Source: Phoronis australis (taxonomy: Eukaryota; Animalia; Phoronida). Taken from it: 64,000 nucleotides of DNA. Below are positions 1 to 11,690 of the stretch, one piece after another. The notes beneath the pieces are model-generated. The model was not told where the DNA came from, made no database searches, and worked only from the letters and a program-made list of their open reading frames with translations. The translations under genes and the position numbers were made by a program. The stretch's first letter is position 1; each line of letters begins with the position of its first letter. The stretch lies in contig NMRA01000152.1 of the NCBI GenBank assembly GCA_002633005.1, positions 186,001 through 250,000 on the forward strand. Reading direction: 5' to 3'.

Positions 1-799
1 GCATGTAGTGGTACTAATCGTTGAACTGAATATAACTCAGTTCACTCAAGGCCGCTGGGGTGAAGAATTATCTTATAATTGTTCCACAAATCGACTCACT
101 TGTAAGTCTATGTACCATTTTGCACTGATTCATGGCAGCAATTAAGCTTCTCAACTAATCTTTTACGAAAACCTAGTCCTCCGTTTCCCTCGTACTTTCA
201 TCCGGTATCACAAAGGTGTAGGCAGACTGGGGCAATATATGTATTTCAATACTAAATGGAAATATTTTCTAATTTTTTTGTAAAATTTTGAATACCAAAA
301 TATGTTATAAGAACAAAATTAGTGTTCGTCTACAAGTAAAGCGCTATAGTCTGCGTATCAAGTCAACTTCAAATTTTTTAACAAATGTTACAAATCATAC
401 ATCTACATTTACCGAAACACTGTTTCACAGCATTCTTTTCAAATTTTCTATGCTCCCCGCAAAAAGTTGCAATAACCCTCTCAAGATTTTTAACTAAGTG
501 GAGGAAAGAAGTGCAACGAATAAACGAACTGATCCACGAACAAGAAAACTATGAACAACAGTGATTTTTCTCGAAAGCTTTTTGGACCAATGAACGAAAT
601 TTCCGCCAGTTCATTGTTGTAATTTATTTCTTTTGTAGAGTTTACGTTTCTCTCAAGTTCACAAGTGATGCCGCGAACAATAAATTAGGTGTACTAAAAG
701 GAACTTATATTTACGTAACGATATATTCAGTTCGCGCTCAGCATTGCACTGACATTCTTGACTGCTATGAGCTCATTTTACCATCATTTCCTATTTCAG

Positions 800-952
800 A
801 CTCACCACTTATATCGATAGACAACGGCGACGTTCTATTGACAGGCAAAACAAACATGGTCCAGCAGTTACGCCAGACGCCGCTTTGGAAACCATTAGTT
901 CGAGTGAAGCAGACGATAATAGTCGCAAATCGTCTTTTTTATCACAAAATGG
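800..952 (+). CDS. Probable internal exon of an unidentified upstream gene
   Basis: Polypyrimidine tract with tttcag acceptor and G|gtgagt donor; 153 nt; two frames open, one reading LTTYIDRQRRRSIDRQNKHGPAVTPDAALETISSSEADDNSRKSSFLSQN. Confidence 0.45.
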
Positions 953-1305
953 GTGAGTTGAGATATTAAACCCACTCCTGTAGTTTAATATATGAAAAAA
1001 CCACGGACTATCTGATGTCTGGAATAATACCTTGATTCAACCTTTGTCACCACTCGAGGGCGCTGCGAAGGAACACGGGTGTCTGTGTGGTCACCAGGTG
1101 GCGAGACCGTCTTGTCCTCGAATCAGCTACATCAATCGACGACATTCTCTATTCCGCGGAAAACAATTGGGCAAAAAAATATCTATGTGAAAGAAAAACA
1201 GAACTAATGAAGCCCAGTTATCAGAAGCAGAAATGAATATTTAGCATTGCTTTGATGCCCGAAATTACTAGATGGGGCATGCTTTTTTCGTCTGAAAATG
1301 GGGAG

Positions 1306-1443
1306 ATAATGTGACCGGATCTGAGTAAGATAATACACGATAGTGTTTACTAACGAAGAAAATGTGTCATGAACGCGCCCTTATCATATACTTCTTAAGC
1401 CAACTCTAGCGTGTATTATCTTACTGAGATCCGGTCAGATTAT
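1306..1443. mobile_element. Small foldback/MITE-like element
   Basis: ~42-bp inverted arms: ataatgtgaccggatctgagtaagataatacacg / cgtgtattatcttactgagatccggtcagattat. Confidence 0.6.
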
Positions 1444-2874
1444 TTCCGCACGAAACTGACAAAACGTGACATTACCTTAATTGACAATTAAGGATCTAGG
1501 ATATCACAAGGGGGGACTTGAAGGGGGAGGCAACATTTTGTTTCGTAAACACTCGCTCAAAGCACGATTGTAGGGGAGCATAGAGCCGAATGGGGTGGAC
1601 ACCCCTCCCGCCCAGGTGAAAATTTGGTTTTGCCTCGAAAAACAAGCATTTTCCTTGATTTCTGAAGTATTATCAAAGAAACAAAAACACTAAATCCTCC
1701 TAGGATTGTAGTCTAATACCTGAAATCAAAAGTAGTGGCAAGCGACCATTTCTGATTTTGATATCTTCTTCTGTTTCCATTTCTCGTAAATTGTCTCTTT
1801 GCCGAACTTTTTTTGAGCGGAGTCACGAGATGTCGTCAATTTTCCACAACATGTTGTCGGGCAGTGATCTGGGTGAGCCGATGCGTAGACGTGACGGTCT
1901 CGCCATCTGGTGGCTAGTGCCCTTATCACACGCTTTGAGAGCATGCGCTGATCCAGGAACGTGACCAGAGGGTATTTGATTTGGAGCTCTTTTTATTCCT
2001 CCACTGCAACATTACTCAGTGGCTGATTAAGAAGTCTGAGGCCGTTTGCAGGAAACAGTCTCAATAGGGACTCAGTGATAGTGCCTAAAAGTGAAGGGCA
2101 TCTAGATTTTGTTACTCAGTGAGTTTTAGTGTTATATTTTAGCACCGCTTTATTGTGAGCTCCTCTTTTACTCATAACATTTTCTAATGATCTGTCTAAA
2201 AACTAAACAGGGATCTTTTCATGCAATGCCGCTAATTTAAGCACTTTTACGTTCTATTCTAATAGTATTATGACTCCAAAGTATAGTTTAATCTAGGTAT
2301 GCAAAGCTATAACTTGAAATCCAAACACCACAAGAAAGGACAACCAGTGTTTGCACTAAGTCCACAAAAGCTGTGAAATTTAGAGAACTGGTCGCTGGTC
2401 TCACAGTGACAAATGTACAAACAAAGTAGTGTATGGATGAAATAAAAATGAAGACTAATTGAAATTCCGCGCAAAATACATTCTCGAGACTGATATCTCT
2501 GACTTGCAGTCATTGAGAAATCCTCACCAGATACGCTCTTATAGCAAAAAGTTGTCCATGCACTTGCACACCAACATGGGCGGAAAATAACTAAGCAAGA
2601 AATAGTAGACAATACCACCATTCGCTGAGTTGAAAATGACACATTTTGGTTAAAGGTTTTGGAATCCCTAGCGATCAGTCACGAACAACCTGGGCTGAAT
2701 GAGCTGCTCACCGATGTGTACCATACGCTGGCTCTGTTTCGTTAGGGTTATGGGCTTCCTTCCGCGTGATAGGCCTACATTCACACTGTCTCTCTGCTTT
2801 TATGCCCCTCGTCCTGCTTTCACGTGCATTTCACTGTTTATTTCGCTTCGAATATGTTCATTCCACTTATCTAC

Positions 2875-2915
2875 CTGACGATGAGACATGCAGTCTCGAA
2901 ATATAGCTAGTGTTT
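2875..2915 (+). ncRNA. Minimal hammerhead-ribozyme-like core (Penelope/retrozyme type), possibly degenerate
   Basis: CTGACGA-T-GAGAC-atgca-GTCTC-GAAA followed by the palindrome TAGCTA; stem I not evident. Confidence 0.4.
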
Positions 2916-5900
2916 TAATTTGTTTGCTTGTTATGTCTCTCGGTGTTTTGCTACATAGTTCCACACCTGAAGAAAGGAGATTGTTTCGACACTAGAGCGA
3001 CTTTGTATCAAGCTTTCAAACAAAAAGTTTAGTCTTGTCTTAACGAAGGGCTGCTACCAAGCATTAAATACTGATAGCAAAAAGAATGAAGGTAGAGTAA
3101 TTGGAATTTTGTGCGAAAATTTACGCGCCTGTGGAAGTTATGGCGACCACAAAATTTTTTTGGAAAAAAAAAACAATCACGCATTTGCAAACATCCCGGC
3201 ATTATTTTCGTGTTCATCAGATGTTTCTGTGTCTTTCAACTGAGGATTTACCAATGCGTGATTTCATGGGTTAAAATTTAGTGTTCCAGAAAATATTTTG
3301 AAAAATGTGACCGTTTGGTGAAAAATCTGAAGTAATCAGTTACAATTGAAATGTTAGAAGGTTTTAAATTTGCATAAATACTATAGTGATTGATATTTTG
3401 GCTTTGTGAGTATAGCATATAACAAAGACGATTTGATGAATCTACACTTGTAGAATAATTACTCTTCGAGGGAAGAGTGCCCTAATTAGTGAGACCAAAA
3501 AGATTTGTTAAATTCAAAATAACAAAGAAACATGTGCCCGCGGGCATCGTTAGTGTGAAAGGTTCTTAAAGAACATTCTCAACGTTAAATCCTAATTTCG
3601 AGCTTCCCCTAAGTGGAATTGATTTCAGCTAAATATCCACGTCGCGACGTCGTGTCCTTTCTCAAAAGTAATCAATCTCGCTTCAAAACCAACCGAGAGT
3701 TCATTTTTGCCTCGATCATTAGTTTGATCGGTTATTCTTTAACGAGATGAATAAGACTGTGAATGCTCAATTTTCACCCAATTTCACTGTTATGTGACCA
3801 TGTTTCTCCAAAGGTTCAACATTCCGTGAGAATAGGGAATGCTTACTTACGGACCCCCAACTTGTATTACATATTTATTAACTCCCAATACCGATCTTGT
3901 GAAGGATTTAGACGCGCTGAACAAACACGTCAAGAGCTGCACAGAGCGATTACAAGTAATCTCTACCGACGTCTGACACGCTTGAAGTATGGTGTCTTCG
4001 TCTAATGCATACTTTCATGAAAGACGTTTTGTATGCTTGACAGGTATTCCATTAAAATCCGTATTCTGACCTCGGAAGTAAATTCGTATGACATTTTCTG
4101 GTGCGTCAATTAAATTGAACTCAGTAATTTGGACAAGCATAAAAATTGGATCTGCGTGCGGGCGCCGTACGCGCGAGTATCTCTGGCCACCTGGCGAGGA
4201 TTCTATTGTCGTGCGCATGCCCCAGATATGCAGTTGGAACTCGCAATCAATGAATTGTTGTAACGGTACAAGTGTGTTTATATTATTGACAAATGTCTCG
4301 TATTGTGTCTTTTCACCCGTGGTTATCATAGCAAAGGTGCAGCCTAATCTATAATGTGTATTGTGATACCGGGCCATTTAACGTTGACTTTAGATGCCAT
4401 TCCTCTGTACATATGTTTCCCGTCAGTGCAATGGAGACCAGCAACGTTGGTCACCAAAGTGACGTCGACGACATTTGTTCTTGACCGTTAGAAATATCAA
4501 GTTCGTTGAATGAACTCACGTCAAACAGGACTGAAATTGAACACCGCGTTCAAATGCCAGCGGACAAAGTTATATCGTTTACCTGATGTGAGTCCGGTCG
4601 ACCTGCCATTGTCAACATGAAGTCTCGCAACGGCGACGGGTCATCATAAGCAGGTAAGTTGTCTATCTCTGATATACGGGCATAGTTTACAACTCACAAA
4701 ATTCATGCTGGCGGTATCATTATCAGGAAAACCAAGTACGTAAGAAACAACTGCAGAAACCTGATCATCACTCCACGACCGCGCGTGCGCAACGATGACA
4801 CGGCCGTACAAATTTTTTAGTTCTCGCGTTAACAAAATGCTGAAGCGTCTAAAGACGCCTCGTCCCTTTCGGTACACTAGCGTGTGATAACGCGCGTTAG
4901 GCCTATTTGTTTAGGGTGTTCACAGGTTTGGCAATGGGACCCTTGATTCGTAGCCATGTCCCCACTTCGCTAAGATATGGGTTTAGTCTGTGAAGCATTT
5001 CATCCGCTTAGACCGGGATTCAGGAAATCACAATGTCCTGGAGGAATATTCCGCATTTGGCAATTTTCCTTTTTTACTGTCACGTTCTGTTGGTAATTTC
5101 GTTGCTGCCCTCTGGTACTTAGTTGGGGACTGTTCTTACAGTAACACCAGTATCTAGATTTTGAGTAAAATTCGGTGTAAGCTAGAAATTCGATCAGAGA
5201 TGAACATGCACCATGGTTCGTTCATCTATTGTCGCAGGTTTTATGCAGACATTATTTCGATTAATTGCGTACACGAAATTACAGGTTACGTAACCGTAGG
5301 CTCCACTATATTACTTTTCTGCATAAAAGAGCAAAGGTTTCCTCAGAGGTTCTGCACAGTAACTACATTACGTTGCTTCATTCAGTTAAGTATGAAATGC
5401 AAGAGTAGGCTAGATGGGACAAATCTCATCAGATAGTCTGCTAGCAGAAGTAAGCATTAACCTAATCCGAATAGTCACTTTAGGTCGGGGGGCATCGATT
5501 GCCTGTCAGACTATGCTTACTGAAGGAGTTTCAACAACAAATAATCAAGTCCCCAGTGTTGCTATTGTATTTGAACTGCCAAGCAGAGTCTGACAAGACG
5601 GAGGCGTGATCGGTAGATATATAATTATTTGATCATCAAATTGAGCTTAATTTAGCATGTTATCAGTATTACCTCAGGAGGTGTTCAATTTAAATTGAGG
5701 GTCGTGTATTTGCTTGACGAGTTCTCCGAATCATAAGCCGTAGGCGTTACAGATTGAGTGAAACGGTCTTACATGTATAAGCAGATTTGTCTAAAAATAA
5801 TAACTTCTAATTACTTGTACAATGATCGTAGATCTTTGTAAGAACTTATTTTGCGCAGATTTGTAGAGGGTGTCTTTATGTGTATCTTTATATACATGTA

Positions 5901-6844
5901 GTATCTTGATATAGGCTTATGTAAAACACTTTGCAGTGTTGAACCTCTAAAATAAGCAACAAAAGAATACCAGTTACTATTCCGTTACCAATTTCCTTGC
6001 GTGGCAACGATATCGACGAATCCTTTTCGTTGCAATCTCTAGTGATTGCTAAAAATACATAAATCTGTGCAAACATTTAGCTTAGGCTTTTTGATCTGGG
6101 GCCAACTGAATGAGTGTCTAATGTCCGACGAACTCACACTCGATTCCGTCTCAGACTCGAAACTTAAAGCGGCATTTAGCCCAATTTAGCCGAATAAAAA
6201 ACGAAAAAGTATCTTTAAGCAGTCATGCCAAATTATTCGAGTACGAACTTGTACGTTTCGCTACTCTGAGCGTGCTACGCAATTGGCCAATCATGAATTT
6301 TCGAATCGTATTTTGCGTATGAAGACTGGACTCCGGGCCCTAGGCTGCAGTCCATAGACCCAGGAAACTTGCGAAAACACACGATCACAAAGACGCTCGA
6401 GCTATCTTCACGCATTGCAAGCACGTGATCACACTAGCTCTCCAGCGATAGTTTTGCTTCTACGGAACGCAGGACAGACGAGTGCTTATGTCACACAAAG
6501 AAGGTCGCTGCGAACTAGCCTGCAATGAACTTGTGGACGATTTACATTAATTATTAAGATGCGCGATGAAGTAATTAGGAGCAATCACTATCTTGTCAGA
6601 ATGGAGTTCTATTCGGCTTTCTTTAGGTCAAGACTTTACGATAGTGTTCAAACGATAAATAACTTATAACCTTCAACTATACGTCACACGTTTAGACCTG
6701 GCATGACGCAGACTTAGTGTTCATCTAGCAGGTATTATTATTGTTATAAATAGTGTTAACTTGTAAAGATGTCATATCTTCATCAATACAATTACAAGAA
6801 AATGAAATCTGATTGACTCGCTAAGCCTACTTGCCGGTGGGTGT

Positions 6845-6878
6845 CTCTAACCAATGAGCTATAGCTCATTGCTCTAAC
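6845..6878. mobile_element. 20-bp perfect palindrome flanked by a 7-bp direct repeat (TIR-only mini element)
   Basis: CTCTAAC-CAATGAGCTATAGCTCATTG-CTCTAAC. Confidence 0.6.
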
Positions 6879-9800
6879 AAAGACTTCTTATAAGGCATCA
6901 AGACTACTCGAGCGATTTGTCGGTGTAGTGCAAGTCGTTAAATTTACTTAAGTTATCAAATTTGCCGATTCTCGATTAACCCGTCTTCGTGTTTATATTA
7001 AATATATTTACACTGGAAGATAATGCAGCGGCCAGTACATTCCTTTGATTCAATATGGAACTCGCTAAGGTAGGGCAAACAGCAAACTTTAATTGCTTTC
7101 CAATAGTATACGGGGAAGGATAACCGAGGTGGAAGTTTGGCCTGTGTAATTGGCCAAAAATTTTTTACAAGTTTACCAAATGCGGGTGCGGAAATGTCTA
7201 TATCAACCAAGTCTTCTTTACGATTGTATATTTAATAGACGAAGCCATAGAAAATCACCACTGGGGAGGCTTCATTGAATTCAAGAAGTGTGAATGTAAA
7301 CCTGAAATTTGATACATTAAACACAAGGTTGACATTACTAAATGCAACGCTAACTTGTTTCATTAAACCTAGTCGGAGATTAAACTCGAGTTCATTCCAC
7401 GTTTAGACACTTTAATAGCATCATACTATAATGCAATTTCGTATTTTATAACACATTTCCTCTTACAAGCGCGAATCAACTTTAATGTTACCGTCACGCG
7501 TTGTTGAGCGTCAAATCCATACTAGAAGAGTACATGTGCAATATTTATTTACTTGGTTCATTTCTCGACTTGCTACAAGTGAGGTCGGGTGGCTGACAGA
7601 CTCAATATCGCCAGGCCATTGTCTTTTTCTCGCGGAGACTCTTCAAAGTAACGCATGAGAACGATACAAGTCGGATACTAGGAAATGATTATGCTCACTT
7701 CTTTTTATTTTATGTGTAAAGTAGGTTTACTAAGACTAAACATGAATAGTCATGATAACAATAAGTTGTACGTTAAATTGTATATGTCATTATCATTATC
7801 ATGATTATGTTCGACATTCGCGTATTGATGGCGAAAATAGCAAATTATTACGCGTTGTGTTGTTTCGCCGTCATCTAGGGTGGCAGAAATTAATAACGTC
7901 GATGACTGCAATCATCTTCATGAAGTGATTTTTTTTATATATTTCAGAGTTCAGAAAAATAAAGATCTTCACCAATGCCGGGTATCACCGATGTTTGGGA
8001 AAGAAGAATTCGGCGTTTCATAGTGATTTTCAAAAACACGAGAGTTTCTTCATCATGACTTCGATTTATAAGGAGTCGAAATAAACGTGCCTTCGAGATT
8101 TTTCGTCAATGCAATAAAATTCACACGATGAGCGATGTATAGCGTGGATGGATCCCGAAAGGTAGCGAGTAAACAGAAAGTTTCACTTGAGGATTTTGAT
8201 AGCGTAACTGCCATCCTCGTCAACAGGTGAGTCATTATCGTCGTCACCACCATTGTCATCACTATCATTGCCAAATCACCACTGTCGCAATGAACGTCGT
8301 TGAGCTGATCGTTGTCGTCTTCGTGAAAATCATCACCGCCGTCGTTGGCAGAAATCGTCGAAGTAGGGGAGACCTGGGCTTGTTTCATGAAAGTCATGTG
8401 AGACAGAGATTTGGTCTTACGCTCCCACTTAGAAAGGTTTAGCCAAGTAACTATGAGTGCACCACAGAAATAATATCTGAGACTTTGCACTTTTGCTCAA
8501 GTGATATATAATTATTTTTTTCTGAAATAGTTTTAAAACTAAATGTCTGATTTTAAAATGCCTTAAGCCACTTTTCATGAACAGAGCTTGGGACCTGTTC
8601 GGCCTCGGGGCTTGTCCGGAAATTGGACACATCTGGAGCAAAAACCAAGATACATTTTTCTTGCGACTTGTCACGCAACGTAACGGATACACTGTGAGTT
8701 CAAAATGACTAACTTCAGGAAGTACACATCAGACTATGAATCAAAAGTTCATTTTCTTCCTTTGGTCGCAAATTTCTCGCAAGATGCCTTAGGTTTCACA
8801 AAAATATAGATCAATTTTAATAGAGCAACGTGCTTCAATATCATCATTTCTATTCTTAAAACCTGCAGTGAGCTGCCACGTCACATTTCTTGCAGGGGAC
8901 TAGTTCGGCATTTTTGGTAGAGGCGCGCTCGTCCCATAGTTGAGCACGCACACTTTTCAGTCCATGCCGTTTTACAGACTCCTATTAATACTATCATGTT
9001 CAATTGTTCTTGGTAGAAATGTAATTCTTAAATATTTCAATACTGAGATTGTCCAAAGATAACGGGAGTAGCCTAGAAGTCATACGCCAGGGGTTGCACG
9101 GTCTTGCCCCACCGTGGGGCAAGTTTGACATTTTGGACCTGATTACTTCGAATGCAAGTTGCACTGCTGTAATTGCAATAAAATCATCATTTGCATATCG
9201 CAAAAGTTTCCCTGAAATTTCAAATACATAAAATGAATCCGAGAGACTTGTCAAAAAATTATATTTTTCGAAAATGGGGACGAACAAGCCACGGTCTCCC
9301 CTATTAGGCTACTGCAACAACCATCACTCTCATCAACATCACTGTCCCCAATTTCATCGCCGTCGTCGTCCTCGTCGTCGTTCATCATTTTAGCAGTCGC
9401 TGGTAGGACTATCATTGCACACCCTCCGCCATCATGCAGCTGAGCTGATACCCCGCAGCTGAGGCTTAATACGTGACAACAAGCCAGTTCCACTTCTGGG
9501 TCTACCGAGAATCCAGGCTTTACGTTACCAAGTAATTGAGTGCGAAACTTACCTTTGAATTGTGCTTACTGGTCTTCCTTGTAATAAATTGTTTTCGTGC
9601 AAGTCTGGTTTGCAGTTCGTTTTCACTTTGAGTTAGAACTTTATGCTGAAGTGGAGATTTGACGCATTGCTAAATCAGCGCTTGAAGATCGGGCGCAAGT
9701 TGCTCTACCTCAAACCCTGGTGACAAAATTGACACCACAGTGCTAAACTCGTTCCGCGTCAACATAGTTGCGCCGTGTCAAGTCGCTCCGGGTCTTTAAT

Positions 9801-11489
9801 TTGGAGACAGTTTGTACAAAATTGAATAATAATTCGACTGATTGTATTTCGGAGCCCGGGGTCTAAAGTTTCCAAAGTGGAAAGCGAACGCAAAATTATT
9901 TTTGACATTTCCCGTTTTACTTTAATAAAAATTCAAGATAGTATCTGTTATTCTGCTATCGATTACATGATTTACGCAGGTGAATGTCTAGTCCACATTC
10001 GCACAACTGACAAATAAATTCAAACTACAAACTCGAGTAAAGATTCCAGTAAAAACTCGAAATTTCAGACTTCAAACTACATTTGCATTAGTTAATGGTG
10101 GGTCAACAAATTCGAACTAATTAAGCCATGATTAGAATGTAATCCACGAAATCTATACTATTTTGAAGAACATCAAAATAAAGCACTTCGTTAAGATACA
10201 ACGGAAAATGTAAAAAAATCGAAGCATATACCCCGGGACCACGTCTCCCTTTAAAACTCTGAGGCCCAACGGCGGTGTAGCATTTTTTCGTCCTCGTCAG
10301 TGAAAATGACTTCCTAACTTAAAGCCGTTCCTACGTGGAAAATGCCCTCGAGTCGCTTTTTCAAGGGGGACGGTCTAAATTAAATTGTCGGCAAGCTGCA
10401 CAATTTCAGGCCGTTTAAAGTTGATAAAGCAATGGAACGATCACATATTAATATCCCGCCGCGTTGGAATTTCATGGAGAAAACGAAAGGTGTCTTGTCG
10501 TGCGCACGGCGTGCCGTTTTGTGCGCCGAGTAGCTAAAGAACAACGAACTGCTAGTTCTTTGTTGACGGTATAGAAATCCCTCGTAATCTGAGAAACAAA
10601 CAATTAGAGACCAAATTAGGCCCCCTAACGGTAAATGGTCTAAATGATCCGTCGGCTTGGACGGAACGCTGGTTTTAACATAGTCGTTGCGCTATAAATT
10701 TATAGGTATTTTGTCCTGTGGTCAATGTTGTTGTAATTTTCAAGCACCGTAATTCGCAACTAACTAATAACGGGCCCTTGAAGCTTCACAAAATCTTTTG
10801 TAGCAAAGAATGAACTCGGGAGAAATGTTCGATGGCCGTACGTGAATATCATCGATTTAGCCACGGTGAACTGGCAAGTGACGGAACAGGCTGATGTAGG
10901 GCTTCTTTTCATTTTGTACGGGTCTGGAATAGTCCTATCCAATTCGTCGCTAAATCTTTCAACAACATTGACGAAACCATTAGGCCGGCCGGACTTGTGA
11001 AAAGTCTTGTTCTTTCACGGGCTGGCCAAACCTCAGTATAGGCCTCATGAAAATTGCGTATTCGAAAATGGTGCATCTGTGCACCACTTGAGTTCAGGGT
11101 AAACGGAATGGAATCCTGACTGCGGGAAATATTACGAGACTGAGCCAGTGAAAGGCCTAATTCGCTTCAGGTTAGAAAATGACACGGCAAATTGAAACTT
11201 TTTAAAGCTTCAATTCTCTCAACTGTGCTGGTGCTTGGCACCGAACTTGCAATGCCAGTTGAGTATTAGCTGAAGAGACCTCTAGTGGATATTTGTTTGC
11301 TCTAAGCCCCAGATTCACTTCTGTAAAGAGTTGGGCATGCATGACGTGCATCAACTATAGCACTACTACACGCAAACACATCAACTATTGTACTTTGAAA
11401 CTTGCCTCAGGTAGGCTTTTCTTGAGCTGAGACTGAATATTGTTGGGCAAATACAAACAACTCTGCTCTGCTCGAAGCCCGGATGTTAC

Positions 11490-11499
11490 AAGATGGCGG
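11490..11499 (+). promoter_or_regulatory. YY1-type motif (AAGATGGCGG) in the INTU promoter/5'UTR
   Basis: Matches the YY1 core consensus ~120 bp upstream of the INTU ATG, in a CpG-richer stretch. Confidence 0.4.
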
Positions 11500-11610
11500 T
11501 TGTTTATGGTCGCGTAGTGTTACGGTAGCGAGTCTAACTTCTGTTTTAATGGCCTTGACGGTCACAGAGGTTTACCAAAAACTGCACCTTCTATCCTGTT
11601 TCGTCGTCGA

Positions 11611-11690
11611 ATGGATGCAGAAGAGTATTGTTTTGAGGACGTTGTTGACGACTATTTTTCGTCTTCCGAATTCGACTCTGACGACAACAG
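11611..11690 (+). CDS. INTU: INTU exon 1 ([26 protein letters not shown])
   Basis: Acidic N-terminus resembling INTU 'EDYDFED..SS.SSD'; donor AG|GTGCTC, phase 2, joins in frame to exon 2. Confidence 0.75.

Noticed and set aside
4015-4377. 120-aa minus-strand ORF with a vaguely CUB-like LIDAPENVIRIYF segment
   Set aside because: Motif order and cysteines do not fit a CUB domain; no clear splice signals
8053-9493. Acidic (D-rich) and His-rich ORFs at 8053-8490, 8227-8442 and 9251-9493
   Set aside because: Explained by degenerate (TCA/TCG)n trinucleotide tracts; no exon boundaries or family motif
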